This document shows, one piece after another, positions 27,711-36,047 of a stretch of DNA of 64,000 nt. Below the pieces are notes generated by a model. The model saw nothing but the letters and a program-made list of their open reading frames with translations, was not told the origin of the DNA and searched no databases. A program made the translations under genes and the position numbers. Within the stretch, counting starts at the first letter, position 1. Every line of letters begins with the position of its first letter. Origin of the DNA: a virus; IMG/VR virus record IMGVR_UViG_3300020048_000058. The stretch is one strand, 5' to 3'.

Positions 27711-28360
27711 TTAAATTTCTTCGGTTTCTACATAGAATATGCCATTTTTCTCAGTAACACTCTTAACTTTGTGCTTGGCATCTTTTGAAACAATAACTTC
27801 CGATTCTTGAGGCTTTAGTCCTACATCCTTAATTGATACCCCGTCTTGTTTTTTGCCTTGATAATAACAGGATAAGCTCCTTCTACATATTGAGACAAAG
27901 ATGGATTTTCTTTGTAGCTAGCTTTTGAAAAATCATAAGCTACTTTGTCATCAGAAGTCCATGAAGCATGAGCTTTTTGGTTGTCTAAAACGCCGTTTTC
28001 ATCCCCTTTTAACCACGTCTCAACTTCTTCTCTACTATAGAAAAGAATCCCTCTACTTACATCCCCATCATAGGGTGTCATGCTTTTCATGAACCTATTG
28101 ATATTTTCCTCGTTTTTATTTGGCCTCCCATCTTTTTGATCGTCTCTGACCTCATCGGAGTCTGTGATCCATCTTTTGACTGATTTAATGATTTTCTCAG
28201 CCTCCTCTATAGTAATGTTTTCCCCTTTTTTAACCATCGCCTCGTAGTATTCTTGTGCGTTTTTAGGGGTTCCGTCGTGGGCTCCATCTCCTATTAATTT
28301 AGGAGTCTCTTTGACTATTTCCTCTTTCGGGACTAAAGGCGATTCTTGTGGCGATCGCAC
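27711..28360 (-). pseudogene. fourth ADP-ribosyltransferase domain, split over two frames and out of frame with the upstream 962-aa ORF
   Basis: ORF 27821..28360 carries VSRGI (Arg) and AHASWTS (S-x-S). The Q/E-x-E strand (PQESEVIVSKDAKHKVKSV…VETEEI stop at 27711) lies in another frame. The shifts map to short G-runs, at about 28360 (one extra G relative to the paralog at 23480) and about 27841-27844. Confidence 0.7.
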
Positions 28361-31187
28361 CCTCCTGAACTTTTATTGTTTTCTGTTTTACTGACTTTTG
28401 TTTTACTGACTTTTGTTTTACTGCTTTCTGGGATTTGAGGGCATCAGGCTTTAAGTCGTTAGGGGAACTATCAGAATCATCTACTTTGTAGCGCTTACCA
28501 TCTCGGATGACGTGGGTGATGTCTTTCATTGGAGTCTTAGACTCAAATGCGTTTTGTTGACCGCTATATTGCTTTTTAGCCACAACATTCGTGACAGCAA
28601 CCTTAGTTACTTCTCCCCCTTCCCTGATGTTGTACCCAGTAGGAATATTATTATTTCCCGAACTCCCCATAGAGCCATAGGTGTTTTCTTTCACCAACAA
28701 TTTATCCCCTGGGCTTAAAGTTTTCTTTAATTCACTGCGCGGGATATTGCCAGATAAAGGTGGGGGAAGTTCGTAATTATTCTTAATTATTGATTCTATT
28801 TTACTTCTTTTTTCGGTATATTCTGGGCTGTCGTAAAATTCATAACTGTTTTTATATTTCCCTTTCAATGACCCCATATAAGCCATTACTTCGGCTTCTG
28901 TTTCAAAGTCGCCATTGACTGCCTTCTGTCTTCTCTCGTTAAAGAATTGCTCTGCTTCAATAACGGGTTTATATTGATCAATATGTTCCTGATAACGTTT
29001 TTCATATCCTGGCGGGACTATTCCACTTGCCTGTGCTGCTAAATATCGCTCATAGGTTTGTTTTTTGTAATCCAAAGTGCCGGATAAAGCCTCTGCTATG
29101 GCTTCCTCTGTTCCCTTTGGATCTTTAGAACTGGCAATAATATCCTTATATTGTTGATCAGCCGATTTAACAGGGGGTTTGTCAGTCTTGGTTTTAGCGA
29201 TCACTCTTTGTGCTACAGCAGGAATAGGGGCTGACTTAGGTTCTGATAAAACAGATTCCGTTCCTCTCGATTCTCTTAACGCCTTAATTTCACCATCTAA
29301 GGAAGTTGCCCGACTTTCAGCATCTTTAATTTTGGTCTGTAATTTAGCTATTTCGCCCTTAGCACGATCTGAAGACTCTACAGCCTTTTTATCGTCTGCC
29401 AAATCTCTAATATCTTTGTTGATCTCATTAATCCTTGTCGGGATGGATACTGTCCTTTCTGGGAGATTAGATACTGGATTTCTGACTTCTACCATGTCAT
29501 TCGGGTTTCGCATCGTAAGGAGCCTAAGCTCATTATAATTATTGTCAATCGCCGTTTCACGAAATTGTTTTGAATTATTTAATATCACAGCCTCGTTATA
29601 AGATTTTTCTTGTTTTAGGCTATTTAACTCTTTTTGTACCCGTTGTTTTTTATCAAATAATTCATAGTCCTTGGCAACGGTTTTGTTAATACGTTGCATG
29701 ATTGGTCTAAAGTTGGGGTGAGCTTTTTCTAAGTTTTCTTGTGTTAACGGGTTGAGACTATCTGCTTTATTAAGAATCCTAGAAATAGATCCCGTAATCT
29801 TTTTGAATTCAACATTGCCACCACCACCTAATCTATCTAAATTATCCGTCATTTCCAACCATTCATTTAAGTTGATATCTTTAGGAATCCCTTCCCCTGA
29901 TTCTAATTTACTTACAACTTGCTTCCACTGCTCAAGATTTTTTGAGACGGCTTCTTTATCTTTTGATGCAATATTTGCCCGTGACTCTCTTACTAAACCA
30001 ACAATATCAAGTGTATTGTTAGATTCTGATTTAGCGATCGCATTCTTAGCTTCTGTTGGTGCGGGGGTTGGTTTGGGGTCTTCAGGTAGTGATAGACCTT
30101 TCCTTTTTCTTGACTCCTGAGCCCTTTCTTCAATCCGAGTATTTTCAAATTCTTCTGTAATTTTCTTTCTAGTCTCAGGGTCTAGTTTTCTAAGTCCTTT
30201 CTCTGTAACATTTTTAGATTCTAAAAAGTCAGACCATTTTTTGTCAGCATTAATTGTTGTTTGACTTGGTTCTTTTTTCTGATTTTTTAGTTGACCGCCT
30301 GACGAATTAATTTCAATTTGTTTCCCATTATTTAAAAGGTCGTTAATTCTTCCCCCTAATTCTTTATCAACAGATACAGCATTAGACCCTCCTAGTCCAA
30401 CAGCTTCTCTAAGTCCGTTAATTCTAGCTACAGCAGTGGCGTGGGGGATTTGATATAAATTAGCGATAGACCGAGATGATAAACCTTCTGCTTCATTTTT
30501 TAGTCCGTTTTGATACTGGTGGTATTTTTGATAAGCTGTTTCTGCTAAACTTTTATTCAACTCATTTTCCGCGATAGCTTTCTTTAGTGTATCGCGCATT
30601 TTATCTTCGTTCGCTAGTGTCGGTTTTGTTTCCGGTGGCTTTGGAGTTAATTTATTATCTTCTTGCTTCTTGGTTGGGTCATCCTGAACGGCTTTAAATT
30701 TCCCTGCTGCGGCTCTGAGTTTATCGACTTTTTCTTGGGAGGGTTTATCGGTGGGATCTGATTTGCAGTTTTTGTTCAACCCAATACAGGCTTTGCCACA
30801 ATTGTAGGAGGTATTGCCACACTTAGGTTTTTCCTTCCTAACGGTCTTAGCTACATCGAATCGGTAGCAATACCCCCTTGAGTAGTCTTCCCACGCCACA
30901 GGGTCAACGTCGATGCTGTCCGTTCGTTTCCAGGTAAACGGTTTGAAGGTAATGGAATCCCCAATCTCAAACTCAAAAACACGGGATCTAATGGCGTCCT
31001 TAAACCGTCCTTTGATGATGTTTTTGTTGCCTACTTCAAAATCCAGAACGATAACCGGAGAGTTGTAGGCAAATGGCATCGACAAGACTTGAGAAATACC
31101 AAGTTTCATCTGCACTTCTGTTGGGGCAGTATCAAGGCGGAGGGGTGTTTGATAACTTGAAATTGTGATCATGTTTTTAAAAATCAA
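28299..31187 (-). CDS. giant effector-family paralog (962 aa as tracked): N-terminal module + 4-Cys motif + long body, originally fused to the ART domain downstream
   Basis: N-terminal module: APTEVQMKLGISQVLSMPFAYNSPVIVLDFE...GRFKDAIRSRVFEFEI. Cys motif: KCGNTSYNCGKACIGLNKNC. The first ~185 aa and the last ~330 aa are homologous to 23466..26924. The middle is unrelated. Confidence 0.8.
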   Translation of the reverse strand: MIFKNMITISSYQTPLRLDTAPTEVQMKLGISQVLSMPFAYNSPVIVLDFEVGNKNIIKGRFKDAIRSRVFEFEIGDSITFKPFTWKRTDSIDVDPVAWEDYSRGYCYRFDVAKTVRKEKPKCGNTSYNCGKACIGLNKNCKSDPTDKPSQEKVDKLRAAAGKFKAVQDDPTKKQEDNKLTPKPPETKPTLANEDKMRDTLKKAIAENELNKSLAETAYQKYHQYQNGLKNEAEGLSSRSIANLYQIPHATAVARINGLREAVGLGGSNAVSVDKELGGRINDLLNNGKQIEINSSGGQLKNQKKEPSQTTINADKKWSDFLESKNVTEKGLRKLDPETRKKITEEFENTRIEERAQESRKRKGLSLPEDPKPTPAPTEAKNAIAKSESNNTLDIVGLVRESRANIASKDKEAVSKNLEQWKQVVSKLESGEGIPKDINLNEWLEMTDNLDRLGGGGNVEFKKITGSISRILNKADSLNPLTQENLEKAHPNFRPIMQRINKTVAKDYELFDKKQRVQKELNSLKQEKSYNEAVILNNSKQFRETAIDNNYNELRLLTMRNPNDMVEVRNPVSNLPERTVSIPTRINEINKDIRDLADDKKAVESSDRAKGEIAKLQTKIKDAESRATSLDGEIKALRESRGTESVLSEPKSAPIPAVAQRVIAKTKTDKPPVKSADQQYKDIIASSKDPKGTEEAIAEALSGTLDYKKQTYERYLAAQASGIVPPGYEKRYQEHIDQYKPVIEAEQFFNERRQKAVNGDFETEAEVMAYMGSLKGKYKNSYEFYDSPEYTEKRSKIESIIKNNYELPPPLSGNIPRSELKKTLSPGDKLLVKENTYGSMGSSGNNNIPTGYNIREGGEVTKVAVTNVVAKKQYSGQQNAFESKTPMKDITHVIRDGKRYKVDDSDSSPNDLKPDALKSQKAVKQKSVKQKSVKQKTIKVQEGAIATRIAFSPERGNSQRDS

Positions 31188-31240
31188 TTAATTCTAGTTT
31201 TTTGATTGGATCTGTTTTAGTTTACTTTTAAAATATTAAT

Positions 31241-32329
31241 CTAGTTCCACTGAAACAACTCTTCTCCTTTCTCCGTTACCGTGAATATTTTACCATTGGT
31301 TTTAAGATTTTCAAAATGACCATCTAATTGCTGTTGAGAAATTCCATTTTTTTTGGCATAATCACTTAACAACTTATTACGTTTAATTGCTACAACCCCC
31401 TGTAGTTCCTGTTTTCTTTTTTCTTCGTTATAAAATTCTTTAAAATCTTTCTCGAATTTAGTATAAGATATCTGTTTTTCTTTGATCGCTTTTTGTCCTG
31501 CACCCAAGTCTTTTGTTTTAGAAGATTTGGTTGCAGGTTGTTTTTTCTGCTCTTTGGGTGTCTGTCCTCCAGCCCAAGATAATAATTCTTCTCCTTTCTC
31601 CATTACTGAGAATATTTTTTTATTATCTTTTAATTTCTCGAAATAATCCTCTAACTGTTCACGGGGAACATTGTACTTCCTTTCGGCAATATCTAACATC
31701 TGCCGGCGTTTGATTGCTACAACACCTTTTAATTCTTGCTTCCTTTGCTCCTCAAAATAAAGGTCTTCAAAGTCGCTCTCAAAATTAGAGTAAGAAAGTT
31801 TCTTGTCCTTTGATTCAGAAACTTTTGGTTCCTTCTGTTTTTCTCCCCCTTTTTGCCCATCTTTAAAATCCTTCGCCAGAGACTTTAGTTTATCTATTCT
31901 ATCTTTTGAGTTAGCATCATCGGGGTTGCGCCTGCAATTTTTCTTAATATTTATACAAGATTTACCACAATTATAAGATGTGGGCTTCACGCACTGCGGC
32001 TTTTTTTTAGCCCCTCCGGGTGTATCAAAGCGAAAGCTATAACCAAGGGAAAAATCCTCCCATTCCTCCTCATTGTCCAGTCGCCCAATCTTAAAAGGGC
32101 TAAAACGGATATCGTCCAAAATCTCGAAGCTAAACACACGAGGACGATCAGCATCCTTAAACCGTCCCGTAATTTTACCATCATCACCCACCTCAAAGTC
32201 CAAAACAATAACCGGAGAATTATAAATTGATGGGAGGGATAGTGTTTGGGCGATCGCTAACCGCATCTGTTCCTTGGTAGGAGCAGCATCAAAGCTAGGG
32301 GGATTTTGACGGTTTAAGGTAGTGACCAT
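31241..32329 (-). CDS. effector-family paralog: N-terminal module + 4-Cys motif + two copies of an ~85-aa domain
   Basis: N-terminal module: APTKEQMRLAIAQTLSLPSIYNSPVIVLDFE...GRFKDADRPRVFSFEI. Cys motif: QCVKPTSYNCGKSCINIKKNC. Then come two repeats: LSYSNFESDFEDLYFEEQRKQELKGVVAIKRRQMLD…KIFSVMEKGEELLSW and ISYTKFEKDFKEFYNEEKRKQELQGVVAIKRNKLLS…KIFTVTEKGEELFQW. Confidence 0.8.
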   Translation of the reverse strand: MVTTLNRQNPPSFDAAPTKEQMRLAIAQTLSLPSIYNSPVIVLDFEVGDDGKITGRFKDADRPRVFSFEILDDIRFSPFKIGRLDNEEEWEDFSLGYSFRFDTPGGAKKKPQCVKPTSYNCGKSCINIKKNCRRNPDDANSKDRIDKLKSLAKDFKDGQKGGEKQKEPKVSESKDKKLSYSNFESDFEDLYFEEQRKQELKGVVAIKRRQMLDIAERKYNVPREQLEDYFEKLKDNKKIFSVMEKGEELLSWAGGQTPKEQKKQPATKSSKTKDLGAGQKAIKEKQISYTKFEKDFKEFYNEEKRKQELQGVVAIKRNKLLSDYAKKNGISQQQLDGHFENLKTNGKIFTVTEKGEELFQWN

Positions 32330-32381
32330 TGTTTTTGAGAATAGATTTACCGAGTCTTTCTGTACGGGTGCAGGTCGGGGT

Positions 32382-32606
32382 TTACCAGTCTTCCGGCCCT
32401 TGAGCTACAAAACGCTTGGCACGTTCTCGTTTTTCCTCTTCTGTCAAATCGTCATAACTTCTTTTTGGATATTTCTTAGCCATTCTTTTATCAAATTCCT
32501 GTAATGTCTCCCCTTCCCCTAAAGCATCCTCATCTTCGGATACAACAGCAGGAGGAACGGTTTTAATTTTTTTTTGTCCTTCAACAGCAGTTTTTTTGGC
32601 TTTCAT
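32382..32606 (-). CDS. small charged hypothetical protein
   Basis: 74-aa ORF, Lys/Glu-rich, with no motif. Confidence 0.45.
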   Translation of the reverse strand: MKAKKTAVEGQKKIKTVPPAVVSEDEDALGEGETLQEFDKRMAKKYPKRSYDDLTEEEKRERAKRFVAQGPEDW

Positions 32607-32656
32607 AATTGATTTTCGTTTTTAATGCTAATAGGTCTATTATACTTTGTTTTTGC

Positions 32657-32760
32657 TTAATTAAGTTTACTTCTACCAATATCAAAATGTGCTTGGGTGA
32701 TCGCTAATTTCGCCTGGATTTCTGTTGGCGGAGCATCAAATCTTAATTTTGTCCATAAAG
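32657..32760 (-). pseudogene. relic of the effector-family N-terminal module (no start codon, early stop)
   Basis: The minus-strand translation gives …RFDAPPTEIQAKLAITQAHFDIGRSKLN stop. The DNA (…TTGGGTGATCGCTAATTTCGCCTGGATTTCTGTTGGCGGAGCATC) aligns with the start of 31241..32329 (…TTGGGCGATCGCTAACCGCATCTGTTCCTTGGTAGGAGCAGCATC). Confidence 0.55.
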
Positions 32761-32833
32761 TACAGATGTCATCTTTTATACATAAATTTAGGGGGTTACT
32801 ACCTAAGCCTTGATTGACTTAGATAGTATAAGA

Positions 32834-33226
32834 TTAAACGTAAACACGGGAAGCAAACTCTAGCTCAATCGTGTCAAACAAGGTTTTCCCTGACACGGTA
32901 ATTGGGGCAGTGGGTGTCACTTTTCGCAAGTAAGCACTATAAATAATATAGCTTGCAAAAGCCATGTTCGCACCGACTGGCTGATTGTCGAGTAAATTTT
33001 GGACGTTTTGGGTTCTCTCGGATTCAAACGTATCAAGATCAGCGTCAACAGCACCCTGAATTGTTAGCGTCACGGATTTCTTTACAAGAGGGATGACCGC
33101 TATATCTCCCCCTTGATTTAATTTAACCTCAAGAGTTTCGTCGTCCCCGAACGAGATGTCTTCAGGCTTGAAGGCGTAATCCTTTCCGGCTCTTGTAATC
33201 TTGAAAAAACTAACAGGAATTGGCAT
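32834..33226 (-). CDS. hypothetical structural protein (130 aa)
   Basis: Well-delimited ORF with beta-rich composition. Its role is unknown (tube-like or connector-like by size only). Confidence 0.5.
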   Translation of the reverse strand: MPIPVSFFKITRAGKDYAFKPEDISFGDDETLEVKLNQGGDIAVIPLVKKSVTLTIQGAVDADLDTFESERTQNVQNLLDNQPVGANMAFASYIIYSAYLRKVTPTAPITVSGKTLFDTIELEFASRVYV

Positions 33227-33397
33227 GATAAAACCCTTCTGATCAGAAGTTATTACTATAATTTTAAAGTTAGATTCTTATAGATCAACGGGACTTTATA
33301 AAATAATTTCTATATAAGAAAATCACACCTTTTTTTATTTCATTGATTTCTTGATGAATAGACGGGAGGCAGACCGTTTTAGTGGGCCTGGGCATCC

Positions 33398-35296
33398 TTA
33401 TATCAAATCTTCTACATCTTGGCAATATTGGTTTAACTCCGTAGGATCGCACTTCTCTACTCCCCCAAAACGATCTAATCCTGCATGGTAGTAGTAGCAA
33501 TCGCGCACTTCTTTTGGGGAATCAAAGCCCAAAAAATACTTTGTTTCGTCAATCTCCCCTGTTGCTGTGTTAAGTTGCCGAACCTTCCAGAGACTTGGTG
33601 AGTTCGGGTTTTTGATGTAAACGTCGATTGCTTTCGCGTCCTCTGCGTGTCCGTAGCTGCGTCTAATATGCCCATACCCTGCCTTCATTGTTTTGTTATA
33701 GCGAAGATCCCCTTTGTCGTGAGTAACCCCAATAGATAGCCCGTGCCAATTAAGAACCCGTTTTATTGGGGTGTAAACAGCACTGTCCATTTGAGTTGTA
33801 GGTTCTTCGGTGGGTGAGGCAGCTTCCTCTCCTCCTAATGCCCCCATATCAAAACCACCGAGGGAGTTTGCTTGTTCTTCTGCTTTCTTCTTGGCTTCTT
33901 CCCATGCTTTTTGATCGATGTTAAACTCTGGCCACCAATCGGAGTTAGAAGGTACTGTCCGAGCTTCATCGGGCGTAATAAATCCGGCTTGAATCCCTGA
34001 AGCTAAGGCTTGAATGTCAGATGAGCGTCCAGAGCGAAGATCCTCAATGGTCATTCTCAAAATTGAGGGATACTGCCTTTGATAGTCGTCGGGGATTTTG
34101 CCTTTTGTGGGGCCGTCTTTGGCTAAGAAGATATAGCGATCAAGAATAGCCGCACTAGGATCTAAATTCTCTCCCTGGTACTCTGCTACCGAGTTAGCGT
34201 AGTTTATTTGGGTTTCCTTGCCATCACGCCCCAAACCCCCAGGGCTTTCCCCCCAAACTATCGTGTGAGGCATTCCAGAGGCTCCCGTAACCCCATCCTT
34301 TTGTACTTGCACAAGTGAATCCATCCCGGCGAGGGGACGGGCGTTCCAGTTGAATTGTTCACGGGAGTCATGGAGAACCATGCCATATAAATCAAACATT
34401 AATCGAATTGATTTCATGGTTTGCTTAATAGCTGCAATACTTTCTTCATCAGATGCCATCATCAGTTCCCGTAGCCCTTCAAAAGAATGCTGTAAAACCG
34501 ATTGGGTTTTAATCAATTCACCTACTGCATTGAGTCCATTTGTATAGTTTTTGTAATACTTCCAAACCTCGTCAAAGACACTCAACCCCCATCCATTATT
34601 GTAAGAAATCATCCAATCATCAGGCATTAATGTTCCATTAAACCGGAGGATTCGAGACCGATGAATAAGGCGATCATCCTGCTTAGAGTTTGTTTCGTTA
34701 AACAGTAATTTTTGTTTTATTTGTTGGTCAATTGTTAGGATTTCATAATGTTCAATATCATCAAGGTCAAATATACTCGCAGCCGTTCTCACCGAAGGAG
34801 CAACTTGCCATCGGTGACGAACAATTAACCCAGAAATTGATTTAATCTTGCCTTCGTTAACAGGCTCGGAATAATGTCTCCCGTCATTAATTTTGAGAAT
34901 AATAACTGTCCCGCCGTGAGAACGAGAGAACTGTAAGGCTTTTCTAAATTGTGATCTAGTTTTTAGTCTTTCGTGATAAGCATAGTAATCGCGGACTAAT
35001 TTAGAACCCACCTTACTAGAGAAATCATCCCCCAAGGATAACTGCCACATCTTTTGGGTTGACGAAGATGGAAGGCTCCACGCTATCCGCTTTAAGATCG
35101 CGTCCGCCAAGCAATTCTCGACCTGTTGTTGGGAGAAAGGTTGGATTCTTCCCGTTACAGGGAGAGGATTTCGCATCGAATTTGCGTCGGCACTCTCCGC
35201 CAACGCTTGCATCATGACGCGAGAGTCTTCCCGATAACGGTTCGCAGTCTCTGTGGTGGTTTCTTTTTTTGTTGTCTCGGATGATTGGGCGGTCAT
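33398..35296 (-). CDS. portal protein candidate with a ~130-aa C-terminal extension
   Basis: 632 aa, divergent from the terminase-containing plus-strand block. The size and overall pattern resemble DUF1073-type portals as I remember them. The C-terminal part (…GLSIGVTHDKGDLRYNKTMKAGYGHIRRSYGHAEDAKAIDVYI…) looks like a separate domain after an acidic linker. Confidence 0.55.
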   Translation of the reverse strand: MTAQSSETTKKETTTETANRYREDSRVMMQALAESADANSMRNPLPVTGRIQPFSQQQVENCLADAILKRIAWSLPSSSTQKMWQLSLGDDFSSKVGSKLVRDYYAYHERLKTRSQFRKALQFSRSHGGTVIILKINDGRHYSEPVNEGKIKSISGLIVRHRWQVAPSVRTAASIFDLDDIEHYEILTIDQQIKQKLLFNETNSKQDDRLIHRSRILRFNGTLMPDDWMISYNNGWGLSVFDEVWKYYKNYTNGLNAVGELIKTQSVLQHSFEGLRELMMASDEESIAAIKQTMKSIRLMFDLYGMVLHDSREQFNWNARPLAGMDSLVQVQKDGVTGASGMPHTIVWGESPGGLGRDGKETQINYANSVAEYQGENLDPSAAILDRYIFLAKDGPTKGKIPDDYQRQYPSILRMTIEDLRSGRSSDIQALASGIQAGFITPDEARTVPSNSDWWPEFNIDQKAWEEAKKKAEEQANSLGGFDMGALGGEEAASPTEEPTTQMDSAVYTPIKRVLNWHGLSIGVTHDKGDLRYNKTMKAGYGHIRRSYGHAEDAKAIDVYIKNPNSPSLWKVRQLNTATGEIDETKYFLGFDSPKEVRDCYYYHAGLDRFGGVEKCDPTELNQYCQDVEDLI

Positions 35297-35390
35297 TTTA
35301 TATTAAAGTTATTGGTATTTTTTTGCAGAATTATCTTCAATTTTAAGGCATAATTATAATATTGTTAATTTATATCTAATCTCAAAACCA

Positions 35391-36047
35391 ATGACTTCTT
35401 CAATTGGCTCAATCAGCTATCCCGCTTCCCAACCCGACCTGGTAGTGACAATCCCCTTCAAAAAGGTGCGGAAACAAATTACCGAAGGGGGAGTAGTAAA
35501 AGATGTGTTAGAGGCCTGGGCAGATTTTGGTGGTGCGGTATCTCAAGTGAATACCATCACCATCACAGCCGGGAGTACGGGAAATGATTACTTGATAGAC
35601 GTCAGTGATGGGACAAACGACGCTATTGTCTCCTACGTTCAACAATCGGGAGATACTGCCACCGTAATTGCAGCAAGACTTTTAGAGGAGATTAATGGGG
35701 TTCCTTCCGCATCTGCTTTGGTTTCGGGAACGGCATTGGCCAACGTTTTAACCATTACCTCTGACTTACCTGGGGTAACAATTACTTACGATGTAAGTGG
35801 GTCTACCACACCCGGAAATATTGTCGTGGCTCAAACTACAGCAGCTTCGGGAACCGCAAAAATGCGAAAAATAGGAGAGATAAAAACGTACTTCATTCTC
35901 CCTGTTGGTGGGCGGAATATTGCCGGGGTTTCACAAGTCGTTTTTTATGATGGTGCGAATCCTCCTGTTATTGCACGAACAGGCTCCGAAGCCAGCGCAA
36001 ATCACCCCACAAGTATGGAGGCGATCTCCGCTTCTGTTAATGGGTAA
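35391..36047 (+). CDS. hypothetical structural protein
   Basis: 218 aa, Thr/Ser/Ala/Gly-rich, first gene of the plus-strand virion block. Confidence 0.55.
   Translation: MTSSIGSISYPASQPDLVVTIPFKKVRKQITEGGVVKDVLEAWADFGGAVSQVNTITITAGSTGNDYLIDVSDGTNDAIVSYVQQSGDTATVIAARLLEEINGVPSASALVSGTALANVLTITSDLPGVTITYDVSGSTTPGNIVVAQTTAASGTAKMRKIGEIKTYFILPVGGRNIAGVSQVVFYDGANPPVIARTGSEASANHPTSMEAISASVNG

Noticed and set aside
8153-31713. Many 60-156-aa antisense ORFs inside the effector paralogs and head genes (for example 10305..10742, 12638..13108, 16117..16548, 21231..21611, 25378..25776, 29752..30120)
   Set aside because: All are embedded antisense in longer ORFs with clear family motifs. Their Ser/Leu/Phe-rich composition is typical of the reverse strand of Lys/Glu-rich genes.
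33285-33675. Tracked ORFs 33285..33500 (-) and 33475..33675 (-), and ORF 51363..51611 (-)
   Set aside because: They are alternative-frame or antisense overlaps of the portal candidate and of ORF 51382..51900 respectively, with no independent support.
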